From contig CAXXIN010000013.1 in NCBI GenBank assembly GCA_963665275.2, positions 128,001 through 192,000 of the forward strand: a stretch of 64,000 nt of DNA, given 5' to 3'. How positions within the stretch are numbered: the first letter of the stretch is position 1; each line of letters begins with the position of its first letter. The notes beneath the pieces were generated by a model. The model saw only the letters and a program-made list of their open reading frames with translations, did no database searches and was not told the DNA's origin. The DNA comes from Negativicutes bacterium. GTDB taxonomy: Bacteria; Bacillota; Negativicutes; UBA1444. The position numbers were made by a program, and so were the translations under genes. Of the stretch, positions 1 to 10,822 are shown one piece after another.

Positions 1-1977
1 GTTCATCATGAATTTCATATTGCCTGTACCGGAAGCTTCCTTGGATGCCGTCGAGATCTGTTCGCTCACATCGGCGGCAGGCACGATGATTTCCGCCAGG
101 GAAACCCGGTAATTCTCAAGGAAAACGACTTTGAGCTTCTCGCGCAACACTGGGTCGGCATCTACCATCTCCGCCACCGTGTTGATCAGCTTGATGGTGC
201 GTTTGGCCGCGTAGTATCCAGGTGCGGCCTTGCCAGCGAAGATGAAGGTCCGCGGAGTGATGTCCAGCGAGGGGTTTTCTCGCAGCCGGTTGGCGAGATC
301 CATGATATGCAGGACGTTCAGCACCTGTCGCTTATAGTTGTGAATCCGTTTGACCTGGCAGTCGAAGATCGAATGCGGGTTGATGGTCTGCCCCATTGTC
401 TTCTTGATATAATCAGCCAGTCGCTCTTTGTTGGCCAGCTTTACCAGCGCCACCTTTTCGGCGAAAACCGGATCCACCGCACAGCTTTTCAGACGCAACA
501 GATCCGTGGCATGCGCCATCCAGCTCTTGCCAATCGCTTCGGAAATGAGGTTGGACAGGTCCGGGTTCGCTTTCATCAGCCAGCGACGGTGCGTAATTCC
601 ATTCGTTTTGTTGTTGAATTTGCTGGGAGAGTACTCATAAAAGCGTTTCAGCACTGATTTCTTCAAGATCTCCGTATGAATCTTGGCCACGCCGTTGACG
701 CTGTAGCTGCCCACCACCGCCAGGTTGGCCATGTGGACGAAGCCATCGGCGATAATGGACATTTCGCGGATGCGGTCCCACTCGTTCGGATACCTGTTCC
801 ACAGTTCATGACACCAGCGCTCATTGATCTCGTAAACGATCATGTGGATCCGCGGCAGCAATTCCTTGAACACATCGATGGGCCATTTTTCGAACGCTTC
901 CGGCATCACGGTATGATTGGTGTAGGAAATGGTATTGGTCGTAATGACCCACGCATCGTCCCAGGTCATGCCCTCTTCGTCGATGAGGATACGCATGAGC
1001 TCGGGTACGAGAACGACCGGATGCGTGTCATTGATGTGAAGGGCAATTTTTTCATGAAAATCGACGAGCGTACCATGCCGCTTCTTATACCGCCGCACTA
1101 TGCTCTGCAGACCTGCCGACGCCATGAAATACTGTTGCTTGAGGCGCAGCACCCGACCCTCATAGCGAGAATCGTCCGGATAGAGAATTTCGGAGATGGA
1201 TTCGACGGAGCGGCGGTATTCCATAACCTGGACGTAATCGCTGTTGGAATATGGGCCTTCGTCCGTGTCAAGAGGCATCACCTCCGCGCTCCAGAGCCGC
1301 AGCGTATTCACCGTATTATTGTGGTATCCGGCGACCGGCATGTCATAGGGGACCGCCAGCACCGGCTGATAGCCCTCATGATGGAATAATCTTATCCCGC
1401 CGACATCCTCTTCCCGAATATGCCCGCCGAACCTCACGGTGACCGCCTTATCCGGCCGTCGGAACTCCCAGACGTTGCCATCTTTCAACCAGGGATCCGG
1501 CAGCTCCGCCTGATATCCGTCCACGATTTTCTGCTTGAACATGCCGTACCGGTAGCGGATGCCGCAACCATGCCCCGGAATATTCAATGAAGCCATGGAG
1601 TCCATGAAACAGGAAGCGAGCCGCCCCAATCCGCCACTGCCAAGCCCGGCCTCCGGCTCCTGATCCGTCAAGTCCTCCAGATTGATCCCCAGATCGCCGA
1701 GCCCGTCACGACAAGCCTGAAGCATATCGGTATTCATGAGGTTGGCCAACAGGATACGCCCTTGGAGGTACTCGATCGAAAAATAATATATCTGCTTGAC
1801 GTCCCGTTCCATGTATTCCCGATTCGTCCGGGCCCACAGTCGGGCAATGACATCACGAACCAGGCCGGCGAGCGCCTCATACCGCTCACGGTTGGAGCCT
1901 TCCTCAACGCCTTTCCCATGAAGGCTTTGAAATTTTTCCAGATAGGCTTTGGTAAAATGGGCTTTACTTTGAAACAT
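1..1977 (-). CDS. glgP: glycogen phosphorylase (3' end runs off window)
   Basis: Own translation from ATG 1977: MFQSKAHFTK...YFSIEY...GLGSGGLGRLASC. The window edge reads QISTASKEASGTGNMKFMMN (PLP-lysine motif) in the same frame. Missing from the ORF track because it has no stop in the window. Confidence 0.95.
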   Translation of the reverse strand, partial: MFQSKAHFTKAYLEKFQSLHGKGVEEGSNRERYEALAGLVRDVIARLWARTNREYMERDVKQIYYFSIEYLQGRILLANLMNTDMLQACRDGLGDLGINLEDLTDQEPEAGLGSGGLGRLASCFMDSMASLNIPGHGCGIRYRYGMFKQKIVDGYQAELPDPWLKDGNVWEFRRPDKAVTVRFGGHIREEDVGGIRLFHHEGYQPVLAVPYDMPVAGYHNNTVNTLRLWSAEVMPLDTDEGPYSNSDYVQVMEYRRSVESISEILYPDDSRYEGRVLRLKQQYFMASAGLQSIVRRYKKRHGTLVDFHEKIALHINDTHPVVLVPELMRILIDEEGMTWDDAWVITTNTISYTNHTVMPEAFEKWPIDVFKELLPRIHMIVYEINERWCHELWNRYPNEWDRIREMSIIADGFVHMANLAVVGSYSVNGVAKIHTEILKKSVLKRFYEYSPSKFNNKTNGITHRRWLMKANPDLSNLISEAIGKSWMAHATDLLRLKSCAVDPVFAEKVALVKLANKERLADYIKKTMGQTINPHSIFDCQVKRIHNYKRQVLNVLHIMDLANRLRENPSLDITPRTFIFAGKAAPGYYAAKRTIKLINTVAEMVDADPVLREKLKVVFLENYRVSLAEIIVPAADVSEQISTASKEASGTGNMKFMMN

Positions 1978-3418
1978 GGAAATCAGCCTCCATCACTTTT
2001 CGATACAGCTCCACATATTCCTTCGCCGAAGTCTTCCAGGAGTGTTCTGCCTTCATGGCCATCTTCATCAAAACAGTCCAGCGTTTTTTGTCCCGGTAGG
2101 TAGCGCAGGCCAGGCGTATCACATGCAGCATGTCGTGCGCGTTGTAGTTTGCGAATGTGAACCCGGTGCCTTCATTGGTTTCCGGGTTGAAGCTCTCCAC
2201 AGTGTCTTTCAGGCCCCCTGCTTCCCTGACTAGCGGGATACAACCGTACCGCATGGCGATGAGCTGACCGACACCGCAGGGTTCCTTCATCGACGGCATG
2301 AGAAGCAAATCCGCTCCTGCGTATATGCGCCGGGCCAGTGTATCATCATACCCGATCCGAACCGCGACTCGGCCAGGATAACGTTTGGAAGCTTCCCTGA
2401 ACATAGCTTCGTATTGGTGCTCGCCGCTACCCAGCACAACCAGTTGCGCCCCTTCCGCCATGATTTCATCCATGACGTGATGAACCAGATCGTACCCTTT
2501 GGCCTTGACCAGGCGGGCAACTATCCCCAACAGCGGCGCCTCCGGATTCTGTTCCAGACCCATGACTTCCTGCAGACGGGCTTTATTTTCGACTTTTCCC
2601 TTGAAGCTGCGGGCCGAGTAGGGAGCAAACAGTGCTTTATCCTTGAGGGGATTGTACTCATCAGAATCTATGCCATTGACAATCCCAACCAGGTGATCGC
2701 TACGACGTTTCAGGATGCCGTCCAGCCTCTCACCCCAGTAACGGGTCTGGATCTCCTGCGCATAACTCGGGCTGACCGTGCTGATGTAATCCGCGAACTC
2801 CAACCCTCCTTTAAGAAAATTCACCATGCCGTAAAATTCGAGCGCAGCGGTCGCAGCGGGTTCATTCTCCAAATTGAATATATCGCCCAGGATGCTGTGC
2901 GGGAAAATCCCCTGATATTCCAGATTGTGAATCGTGCAGATCGTCTTGATGGTCGCGCACCAGGGCGCCCGGCAATAATGAGCCCGCAACAGTACCGGAA
3001 TCATCCCGGCGTGCCAGTCATGACAATGGATGATATCCGGCACCCAGTCAAGGCGGGGAATCACATCAAGTACGGCTTTGCTGAAGAACCCGAAGCGTTC
3101 CGCTTCATCGTAGAAATTGTACAGGCCCTTGCGACGGAAATAGTACTCGTTGTCGACAAAATAAATGGTCACGCCTTCATGTTGCATCTCGAACAAGCCG
3201 CAATACTGGCGTCTCCAGCCGAGCTGAACCGTCTCGCTGGTCACCGGTCGCATTTGGCTGCGAAATTTTTCTGAAATATCGCCATATAGCGGGACAATGA
3301 TTCTGGCGTCCACCTTCGCTTTTACCAGGGCGCGGGGCAAGGTTCCCACCACGTCGGCCAGACCGCCGGTTTTGGCAAACGGCGCCGCCTCCGCGGCAGC
3401 AAACAATACTTTCAACAT
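1964..3418 (-). CDS. glgA: glycogen synthase
   Basis: KTGGLADV, HCHDWH, TIHNLEYQG and EPCGVGQL motifs. Confidence 0.96.
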   Translation of the reverse strand: MLKVLFAAAEAAPFAKTGGLADVVGTLPRALVKAKVDARIIVPLYGDISEKFRSQMRPVTSETVQLGWRRQYCGLFEMQHEGVTIYFVDNEYYFRRKGLYNFYDEAERFGFFSKAVLDVIPRLDWVPDIIHCHDWHAGMIPVLLRAHYCRAPWCATIKTICTIHNLEYQGIFPHSILGDIFNLENEPAATAALEFYGMVNFLKGGLEFADYISTVSPSYAQEIQTRYWGERLDGILKRRSDHLVGIVNGIDSDEYNPLKDKALFAPYSARSFKGKVENKARLQEVMGLEQNPEAPLLGIVARLVKAKGYDLVHHVMDEIMAEGAQLVVLGSGEHQYEAMFREASKRYPGRVAVRIGYDDTLARRIYAGADLLLMPSMKEPCGVGQLIAMRYGCIPLVREAGGLKDTVESFNPETNEGTGFTFANYNAHDMLHVIRLACATYRDKKRWTVLMKMAMKAEHSWKTSAKEYVELYRKVMEADFHVSK

Positions 3419-3419
3419 A

Positions 3420-4520
3420 TCAAATCACTGATCCTTTCTCTACTATAAATGGCCTTGCCGCAGAACCGTTCAGGCAGCGACCGGCTGTAATTTGCGAGTC
3501 TTTATCACATAAAACGTTGGTCAGGCGGGCATCGGACCCGACGCGTGTATTTTGAGTCAGGATGGAGTTGCGCACAACCGCTCCTTTTTCAATGATAACC
3601 GACCGAAACAGGATGCTGTTCTCCACTGTTCCTTCGACGATGCAGCCGTTCGCGACCAGCGAGTTCTTCACGCGGGCCTGTGCGAGGTACTTGGCAGGCG
3701 CCTCATCCTTGACCTTGGTGAAAATGTTTCCGTACCGGAAGAACAGTTCCTGCCATACGCGCGGATTGAGCAGTTCCATCTGATGCTGATAATAGCTGGC
3801 GACAGAATCAATTCTGGCAACATAGCCGCTATGACGAAATACGCATATTTTCAACCTGTCGATATTCTTCAGCACCCCGTCCGCAAAAAGATCGCAGCCG
3901 CCTTTCGCCGCACATTCGCGGACCAGTTCGGCCATCAGGCTCTTGGACAGGATATAGAATCCCAGTGGCTGGACGTCATAGGGCAGAGATTCGGTGGGAT
4001 CGCAAATGGAGGTCACCTGGCCGTTGTCATCGAGCGAGAGACAAGGTCCGCTCCCGTCATCCGGCCAGTCCCGGCCGATGATGGTAACATCAGCCCCCAC
4101 CGCCAGATGATACTGAAAAGCCTGCTCGATCGGCAAGTTGCACACCGCCTGGCTGCCGCAAATCACAACGAAGTCTTCGGTCGCCGCGAAAATATAGTCC
4201 AGATTGAACAAAAAATTCTCCACGTCACTCTGGCATTGCGTATTATCGGTAACTCCCGGCGGCAGAATATAGAGGCCGTCCCTTTTGCGGGCCAGGTCCC
4301 ATTCCTTGCCTGACCGCAAATGATCGATCAGGGACCGGTACTTGTCGCGCACCAGGACGCCGACGGTCCTCACCCCGGCATTGACCAGATTCGACAACGC
4401 AAAATCAATGAGTCGGTAACGACCCGCCGTAGGAACAGCAGCCAGCGGGCGATTCTTCGTCAAGGCGCCCATGCCGGATTCATCTTCATAGAGGTTGATC
4501 AGCCCAAGCATGTTTTTCAT
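3420..4520 (-). CDS. glgD: ADP-glucose pyrophosphorylase subunit GlgD
   Basis: [21 protein letters not shown]; follows glgC; lacks the GGxGTRL loop. Confidence 0.92.
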   Translation of the reverse strand: MKNMLGLINLYEDESGMGALTKNRPLAAVPTAGRYRLIDFALSNLVNAGVRTVGVLVRDKYRSLIDHLRSGKEWDLARKRDGLYILPPGVTDNTQCQSDVENFLFNLDYIFAATEDFVVICGSQAVCNLPIEQAFQYHLAVGADVTIIGRDWPDDGSGPCLSLDDNGQVTSICDPTESLPYDVQPLGFYILSKSLMAELVRECAAKGGCDLFADGVLKNIDRLKICVFRHSGYVARIDSVASYYQHQMELLNPRVWQELFFRYGNIFTKVKDEAPAKYLAQARVKNSLVANGCIVEGTVENSILFRSVIIEKGAVVRNSILTQNTRVGSDARLTNVLCDKDSQITAGRCLNGSAARPFIVEKGSVI

Positions 4521-5659
4521 GAGCGTGCTCCTTTCCGGGCTCGGAGTTTCTCAACAAGGAGCGTTACCGACCCGTCGCCGCCAATCCGGGCATTTTCCGC
4601 GACTACGGTATCCGGTCCGATGATGGCTCGACGAATCACAGCATTAGGAGACACGGTAACTCCCGGCATCAGCACCGAATCCGTTATCTGGGCTCCCAGC
4701 CCCACGATGACATTGGGGAACAAGACGCATCGTTTCACCTGTCCGAAGATTTGACAACCTTCGCTGATCATGGATTCGGTGATCTGGGACTGCGGTGCAG
4801 CATAGTGGGGGGGCCTGACGGGATTCACCGAATAGATCCGCCAGTCGGGATCGTGCAGATCCAGTTGGGGGCGGTCCGCCAACAAATCCATGTTCGCTTC
4901 CCACAAGCTTTCCACGGTGCCAACATCCCGCCAATAACCTTTGAATCGGTAAGCAAAAAGACTTTGGCCGGCCTCCAGCATCTTGGGGAGGATATTGCGG
5001 CCGAAATCATGCGCTGAATCAGTTTTTTTCGCATCAGCTTCCAGATACTGCTTCAGAAACTGCCAGCGGAAAATGTATACGCCCATGGATGCCAGGTTGT
5101 TTTTGGCCTTGACCGGTTTTTCATCGAATTCGATGACCCGGTCGTCCGCATCGGTATTGATGATCCCGAAGCGTCGGGTATCTTCCCACGGCACCTCGAT
5201 GACAGCCAGGGTCGCATCCGCTTCCTTGGCCTCATGGTATTCCAGCATCAGATTATAGTCCATTTTGTAAATGTGGTCGCCGGATAGAACCACGATCCAT
5301 ACCGGGTCGAACAGGTCGATGAAGTCGATGTTCTGGCAGATGGCGTCCGCCGTACCCTTGTACCATTCTCCGCCGGCGTCATGCGTGTAGGGCGGCAGGA
5401 CAAACACGCCCCCGCCCTTACGGTCGAGGTCCCAGGGACTGCCGATGCCCACGTAGTTGTGGAGAAAAAAAGGCTGGTACTGAGTAAGGATTCCCACAGT
5501 ATCAATCCCGGAATTGCTGCAGTTGGAAAGCGGGAAATCGATAATCCGATATTTGCCGCCGAAAGGCACCGCCGGCTTGGCGAGGTTCTTCGTTAGAGCC
5601 CCCAGACGGGTCCCCTGCCCACCAGCCAGAATCATCGCGATGATCTTTTTCTTTTGCAT
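4517..5659 (-). CDS. glgC: glucose-1-phosphate adenylyltransferase
   Basis: [42 protein letters not shown]. Confidence 0.97.
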   Translation of the reverse strand: MQKKKIIAMILAGGQGTRLGALTKNLAKPAVPFGGKYRIIDFPLSNCSNSGIDTVGILTQYQPFFLHNYVGIGSPWDLDRKGGGVFVLPPYTHDAGGEWYKGTADAICQNIDFIDLFDPVWIVVLSGDHIYKMDYNLMLEYHEAKEADATLAVIEVPWEDTRRFGIINTDADDRVIEFDEKPVKAKNNLASMGVYIFRWQFLKQYLEADAKKTDSAHDFGRNILPKMLEAGQSLFAYRFKGYWRDVGTVESLWEANMDLLADRPQLDLHDPDWRIYSVNPVRPPHYAAPQSQITESMISEGCQIFGQVKRCVLFPNVIVGLGAQITDSVLMPGVTVSPNAVIRRAIIGPDTVVAENARIGGDGSVTLLVEKLRARKGARS

Positions 5660-5692
5660 GCTGCCTCCCTTCCGACTTGAAAGCCGGAGCGC

Positions 5693-7579
5693 TTATGCTT
5701 TTTTGAAACAGACGAATCCGAGCGGCGGAACCTGAACGGACAAAGAGTGTGGCCATGGACCCCAAGGCTTCCCAGCGACCAGCGGATCGGTATGCAGGCC
5801 GCCAGTCCCGCCGTAACGGGCATCGTCGCTATTGAAAATCTCCCTGTATTCTCCTGTTTCCGGCACACCGATGACATAGCCGTCGCGCCCAATCGGCGTG
5901 AAATTGCATATCACTACCAGGAAGTCGGCCGAATCTTTGGCGTAGCGGATGAAGCTCACGATGCTCTCGTTCCGGTCATCGGGATTGATCCAGCGGAACC
6001 CGCAGCGTTTATGGTCCTGTTCCCACAGGCTGGGTTCCGCCAGATAAAGATGATTCAGAGCCTTCACGTACTGATGCAGTTTTTCATGCATCTCATAGCC
6101 AAGCAGGTGCCAATCCAGACTTTGGCTTTCATTCCACTCTATGAACTGCCCAAACTCGCCGCCCATGAAAATTAGTTTCTTGCCCGGATGCGCCGCCGTA
6201 AACCCGAGAAATCCCCGTAGTCCGGCGAACTTCTGCCAATAGTCCCCCGGCATCTTGTCGAGGAGCGAATACTTTCCATGGACCACTTCATCATGCGACA
6301 ACGGCAGGATGAAATTCTCCGAGTACATGTACATCATCGCAAACGTCACCAAGTTATGCCGGCCCGCCCTATAGAGCGGATCAGTCCTCACATAGCGGAG
6401 CATGTCGTTCATCCAGCCCATATTCCATTTGTAGTTAAACCCGAGGCCGCCTTCGTTCACCGACCGGGTAACCCCAGTCCAGGTCGTGGACTCCTCGGCG
6501 ATCATCAGTGCGGAGGGATAATGCGCGAAAATCGCGACATTCAGGCTGCGGAGGAAGGCAACCGCCTCCAGATTCTCCCGTCCTCCATGCTTGTTGGGTC
6601 GCCATTGTCCAGGCTTCCGGGCGAAATCCAGATACAGCAGATTGGCCACGGCATCCACCCGCAGGCCGTCCAGATGATAGATGTCAAACCAGAACATTGC
6701 GTTGGAAAGCAGGAAACTACGTACTTCCGGACTCCCCAGATCGAAATTCAGAGTCCCCCACCCCGCGTTGTCGGCACGCACATTATCCCGTGATTCAAAT
6801 AGCGCTTCCCCGTCAAAGCGGGCCAGGCCGTGGTCATCCTTGCAAAAATGTCCCGGCACCCAGTCCAGGATGACACCAATGCCTTTTTCATGGGCTCGGT
6901 TCACGAAATACTGAAATTCTTCCGGCGCGCCGTAGCGGCTTGTAACCGCAAAATAGCCAGTCTGCTGGTAACCCCAGGAAGCGTCGAGCGGATGCTCCGC
7001 CACCGGCAGCAGTTCCAGGTGCGTGTAGCCCATTTCAACCGCGTAATCCACTAATTCATTGGCCAGGTCCTGGTAGGTGAGAAAAGCCCCATCCGCCTTG
7101 CGGCGCCAGGACCCGAGATGCACTTCGTAAATGTTGAGAGGACGCTCGTAGATCAGATTCTCGCGCTGCGCGGCAAACCAGGCCTCATCCGTCCAGGTGA
7201 ACTCTTCGGCGGAGACGATGCGCGACGCAGTATTCGGGCGCAGCTCCGACGCAAAGGCAAACGGGTCAGACTTCACACGGATTTCGCCCGACGGATGCCT
7301 GATCGAATACTTATAGAGAGCACCGGCCGCTGCCCCTGCGATGAAAAGGCTCCATATCCCCGACTCACCGACGCGTTCCATCGAGAAGCCATCGCCGCAC
7401 CATTGGTTGAAATCCCCCTCCACCCAGACATTTTCGGCATGCGGCGCCCACACGGCAAACCGCGTTCCCGCTATGCCGTCCACTTCCATCGGATGAGCTC
7501 CCAGCATAGTGTAGGCTTTAATTTGCGTTCCCTCGTGGAACAGGAACAGGTTGGATTCATCGATCGGCTGAGCGAGCAT
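5693..7579 (-). CDS. glgB: 1,4-alpha-glucan branching enzyme
   Basis: FAVWAPHA, YEVHLGSW, RVDAVA, AEES, SHDEVVHGK; start moved to ATG 7579 behind AGGGAGG RBS. Confidence 0.96.
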   Translation of the reverse strand: MLAQPIDESNLFLFHEGTQIKAYTMLGAHPMEVDGIAGTRFAVWAPHAENVWVEGDFNQWCGDGFSMERVGESGIWSLFIAGAAAGALYKYSIRHPSGEIRVKSDPFAFASELRPNTASRIVSAEEFTWTDEAWFAAQRENLIYERPLNIYEVHLGSWRRKADGAFLTYQDLANELVDYAVEMGYTHLELLPVAEHPLDASWGYQQTGYFAVTSRYGAPEEFQYFVNRAHEKGIGVILDWVPGHFCKDDHGLARFDGEALFESRDNVRADNAGWGTLNFDLGSPEVRSFLLSNAMFWFDIYHLDGLRVDAVANLLYLDFARKPGQWRPNKHGGRENLEAVAFLRSLNVAIFAHYPSALMIAEESTTWTGVTRSVNEGGLGFNYKWNMGWMNDMLRYVRTDPLYRAGRHNLVTFAMMYMYSENFILPLSHDEVVHGKYSLLDKMPGDYWQKFAGLRGFLGFTAAHPGKKLIFMGGEFGQFIEWNESQSLDWHLLGYEMHEKLHQYVKALNHLYLAEPSLWEQDHKRCGFRWINPDDRNESIVSFIRYAKDSADFLVVICNFTPIGRDGYVIGVPETGEYREIFNSDDARYGGTGGLHTDPLVAGKPWGPWPHSLSVQVPPLGFVCFKKA

Positions 7580-7628
7580 GGTGATTCCTCCCTTTACTAC
7601 AAGAAAACTAATTCTGTCCCACAAAGGC

Positions 7629-7655
7629 AAAGAAAGTCCGACCGAAGCCGGACTT
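7629..7655 (-). terminator. intrinsic terminator-like hairpin before glgB
   Basis: AAGTCCGGC-TTCG-GTCGGACTT followed by TCTTT on the minus strand. Confidence 0.6.
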
Positions 7656-8355
7656 ATTTGGCAGCATTAATTATAACCGGCGCCTTGCTCATGTCCTGAT
7701 AAAAAGGGTTCGTGTTGCTGGCAATACCGACATAGTAATCATTGCCGGATTTCAGCGCAGGGACTTTCCATTCATAGCGGCCTTTGCCGTCGGCGCCCAC
7801 AGGAATCGACGCAACCATCGGCGTCACGCTGCCGTCGTCATTCTTGATCAACGCCAGTTTCACCGTCTGCCCGGGACTGCCGGTATAAGTCCAGTGCACA
7901 GAAACCGTGGCGCCCGTGCTCCAACGTTCGCTCCCCTTGGGCGGTGATTCCAGCGCGATCTGCGTCACCGGTGTCTTGCCAGCGATGAGCGTGAATTCAC
8001 CGCTGGTGTCGCCGATGCCATTTTCCGCCATGACGGTGAGAGTGTACTTTCCACCAGGAGGCAAGTCAGACGGCACGTTCCATTTATAGGCGCCGGACTT
8101 GTTGGTCCCCAGAGGCGCCGCTTCAGACAGCATCAGCTGCGCATTCACCCAGCCCATCCGCTGCAGGCGGATGGAGGCCTTCTCCCCCAGCTCACCCCGG
8201 AACGACCATTTGATGGTGTTCGTCGCTCCCAGCGCCCACTCCGTCGAATCTCCCGGATCGGCAACCCGCAGCGTCATTTCTTTGGGGGCAGCCAACCCGG
8301 GTGTCGTCAGCAGCACGATGGCCGCCAAAGCCATAACCAAAGTCCGTTTCATCAA
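7654..8355 (-). CDS. secreted protein with two tandem Ig-like (Kre9/KNH N-terminal-like) repeats
   Basis: Signal peptide; two ~100 aa repeats with W..G.T..(I/V).W...G.Y.W.VP pattern. Confidence 0.65.
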   Translation of the reverse strand: MMKRTLVMALAAIVLLTTPGLAAPKEMTLRVADPGDSTEWALGATNTIKWSFRGELGEKASIRLQRMGWVNAQLMLSEAAPLGTNKSGAYKWNVPSDLPPGGKYTLTVMAENGIGDTSGEFTLIAGKTPVTQIALESPPKGSERWSTGATVSVHWTYTGSPGQTVKLALIKNDDGSVTPMVASIPVGADGKGRYEWKVPALKSGNDYYVGIASNTNPFYQDMSKAPVIINAAK

Positions 8356-8376
8356 GAAACCGCTCCTTTCAAACCG

Positions 8377-9435
8377 TTAGCGCCCCGCCCTCTCCCTAAT
8401 CCGGGTGATGATCTGCTGCGCCATCTCATTCATGCTGCCCAGGGAATTGCCTGCCGCATCCTGAGGCGTCACTACTGCGACCGGTTCTTTATCGTCATTG
8501 TAATAGATTCCGGTGGCATTCTCCATATCGTTGATGTAGAGTTTGTCGCTCGAATAGTCCGCGAGCGCTGTCATCCGGTATATGCGGCCGGCTGTAAAAT
8601 AAGCTCGCATGCGCGGACTGTAGCCGGCGTATTTGCTGTAAAATGCAGGGAGCTTCCATTGTCCTTCGACGACCTGCGAAGATTTTTCCCCTTCGTTCAC
8701 GATCGGCCGCACTTTGAAATCGTTGATGATCTGCTCACGCGCCGCTTTCACGCGGTTGGCCGAATCCGGGTGGGAGGAAAACAGTCCATAGTCGACCTTG
8801 CCGCTCATGGCGTCCAGCTTTTCCATCCCGATCAGCAAACTATAGGGATTGTATCCCGCGCGCATCGTATGAACCACACCCAGCATATCCGCCTCGCGCT
8901 CCGCCTCACGGCTGTAGCCGGACATCAGCGCACTGCCGATCAAATCGCCCAGAATCGCGGCGTTGCTATTTCCAAATAAGACGGCGAAGATAATTCCGAC
9001 CGCCATGCTGCGTTCTATCTGAACCACCGTATGCTTTTTGACGATGTGCCCCACTTCATGGCCAATGATCCCTGCCAGTTCAGTATCCGAAGGCATATAG
9101 TCGATGAGCCCTTTGAACAGATATATATAACCGCCAGGCACCGCCAGCGCATTGACTTCCTTGGAATTGAGCACCTTGAACGTATAGGGCAGGTCCTTGC
9201 GGTCCGATACGGCAACGATACTCATACCCAGCCGGGTAACCCGCGCCTGCAATTCCGGATCATTGACCAGTCCGTATTTTTTCTCCAGATCCTTGGCAAC
9301 GCCTTTCCCCATATCGATTTCTTGTTGGGTGCTGATCAGGAAAGCCTCTGCAGCGGGCGGCGCGGCGATATTCGCGCTTATAGCAATTCCCAGCACCAAC
9401 AGTACAATCCGTATGCTTTTTTTCCAGTTCAACAA
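8377..9435 (-). CDS. M48-family zinc metallopeptidase (exported)
   Basis: VNALAVPGGYIY, HEVGH, YSREAEREAD, SSHP; probable TTG start after AAGGAGG. Confidence 0.88.
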   Translation of the reverse strand: MLNWKKSIRIVLLVLGIAISANIAAPPAAEAFLISTQQEIDMGKGVAKDLEKKYGLVNDPELQARVTRLGMSIVAVSDRKDLPYTFKVLNSKEVNALAVPGGYIYLFKGLIDYMPSDTELAGIIGHEVGHIVKKHTVVQIERSMAVGIIFAVLFGNSNAAILGDLIGSALMSGYSREAEREADMLGVVHTMRAGYNPYSLLIGMEKLDAMSGKVDYGLFSSHPDSANRVKAAREQIINDFKVRPIVNEGEKSSQVVEGQWKLPAFYSKYAGYSPRMRAYFTAGRIYRMTALADYSSDKLYINDMENATGIYYNDDKEPVAVVTPQDAAGNSLGSMNEMAQQIITRIRERAGR

Positions 9436-9480
9436 TACGCCCGCCTCCTTTCTCTCATCTACAATAATATCACCATTACG

Positions 9481-9505
9481 AGGACTTTGAAAACTTATGT
9501 CGAAT
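9481..9505 (+). promoter_or_regulatory. SigH-type promoter
   Basis: AGGA-N17-GAAT upstream of the Asp23-family gene. Confidence 0.55.
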
Positions 9506-9558
9506 GAAGTGCATACACAATACATACAGTCAGCAATACAACAGGAGGTTTTTAGCCG

Positions 9559-9948
9559 ATGGAAGAAATAGAACGCACAGTGATCACCGATGACGTCTTT
9601 GTGGAAATCGCCCGATCCGCCATGCTTAAGATCAACGAAGTTGCCCGGTTGGAGAAAAAAGGCGCACTGGCCGAACTCACCCAGTTGTTCTCCGAACGCA
9701 TGGCGCCGCAGATCATCGTCAAACGGGTGGAGACGGAAGCTACCACCCCAGCGGTAACTTTTGAAATCAAGTTGACGCTGATTTACGGCGTCCGCATTCC
9801 CGAAGTCGTCGACAAAGTCCGCACTTCGGTAAAAACAGAAGTGGAGAGCCTAACCGGCGTCAGAGTGGACCGAATCGACATCCTCATCGAAAAATTAGTA
9901 CGGTCGGAGCCCGCTGCTCAGCCGCCGGTTGTGAGCAAAGAACCTTGA
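9559..9948 (+). CDS. Asp23/Gls24 family protein
   Basis: YGVRIPEVVDKVRTSVKTEVESLTGVRVDRIDILIE; AGGAGG RBS. Confidence 0.88.
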   Translation: MEEIERTVITDDVFVEIARSAMLKINEVARLEKKGALAELTQLFSERMAPQIIVKRVETEATTPAVTFEIKLTLIYGVRIPEVVDKVRTSVKTEVESLTGVRVDRIDILIEKLVRSEPAAQPPVVSKEP

Positions 9949-10117
9949 TAGGATTATTTCTCCACGAGCAGCCTTTACCCCTGCTTTTTACTCTTTCAAA
10001 CCCACGAAATTCTGCTGCCTCTTGTGCGCTGAAAAGGTTCTTGCAGTGAAAACGACTACGGAATAAAATGGACTTGATTGATACTATTAATTCAACGGCA
10101 GGAAAGGAGCCCTGAAA

Positions 10118-10750
10118 ATGAAAGTAATCGCAGTGAACGGGAGCCCCAAAGCAGACGGCAATACCTATACTTCCCTGAAATTGGTCGGAGACGAACTTCA
10201 GAAGGAAGGGATCGAATTCGAAATAATCCATATCGGCGACAAAGTCATCCGGGGCTGCATTGCCTGCGGATCCTGCGCCAAAACACTGAATGAGCGGTGC
10301 ATCTTCACCGACGAAGTCAATGACGCCCTGCAAAAACTCAAAGCGGCGGACGGGATTCTTCTGGGTTCACCAGTGCACTATGCCGGAGTGGCAGGAACGA
10401 TGAAATCTTTCCTGGACCGGCTGTTTTATGTAGCAGGCGCCAACGGCAACCTTTTCCGGCACAAGGTCGGAGCCACGGTGGTCGCGGTCCGGCGTTCCGG
10501 CGGCGTGTCGACCTTCGACACCCTCAACCACTACATCAATTACGCCGAAATGATCATGCCCGGTTCCAACTATTGGAATGTCGCTCACGGCAGAGCTCCT
10601 GGAGAAATGTTGCAGGACGACGAAGGCGTGCAGGTCATGCGGGTCCTGGGCAAAAATATGGCCTGGCTGTTGAAAGCGCTTGCCGCCGGCAAAGAACAGG
10701 TCCCCGCCGGTCCGCGTGAAGAAAAGGTATACACGAACTTCATCCGCTAA
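10118..10750 (+). CDS. iron-sulfur flavoprotein / flavodoxin-family protein
   Basis: NGSP..GNT, CIACGSC...C, GSPVHY, RRSGG. Confidence 0.9.
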   Translation: MKVIAVNGSPKADGNTYTSLKLVGDELQKEGIEFEIIHIGDKVIRGCIACGSCAKTLNERCIFTDEVNDALQKLKAADGILLGSPVHYAGVAGTMKSFLDRLFYVAGANGNLFRHKVGATVVAVRRSGGVSTFDTLNHYINYAEMIMPGSNYWNVAHGRAPGEMLQDDEGVQVMRVLGKNMAWLLKALAAGKEQVPAGPREEKVYTNFIR

Positions 10751-10767
10751 AAAGCCACCAAAAGTTC

Positions 10768-10800
10768 GCCGCCTAAGCTAAAGCTTAGGCGGCCTTTGTT
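10768..10800 (+). terminator. terminator-like hairpin
   Basis: GCCGCCTAAGCT-AA-AGCTTAGGCGGC followed by CTTTGTT. Confidence 0.6.
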
Positions 10801-10822
10801 AATTTTCATACAGGGGGAAGAC

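Noticed and set aside
307-1442. Long + strand ORFs (e.g. 676-1389), and similar antisense ORFs throughout the track
   Set aside because: Shadow frames opposite well-supported genes (here glgP); no motifs or RBS.
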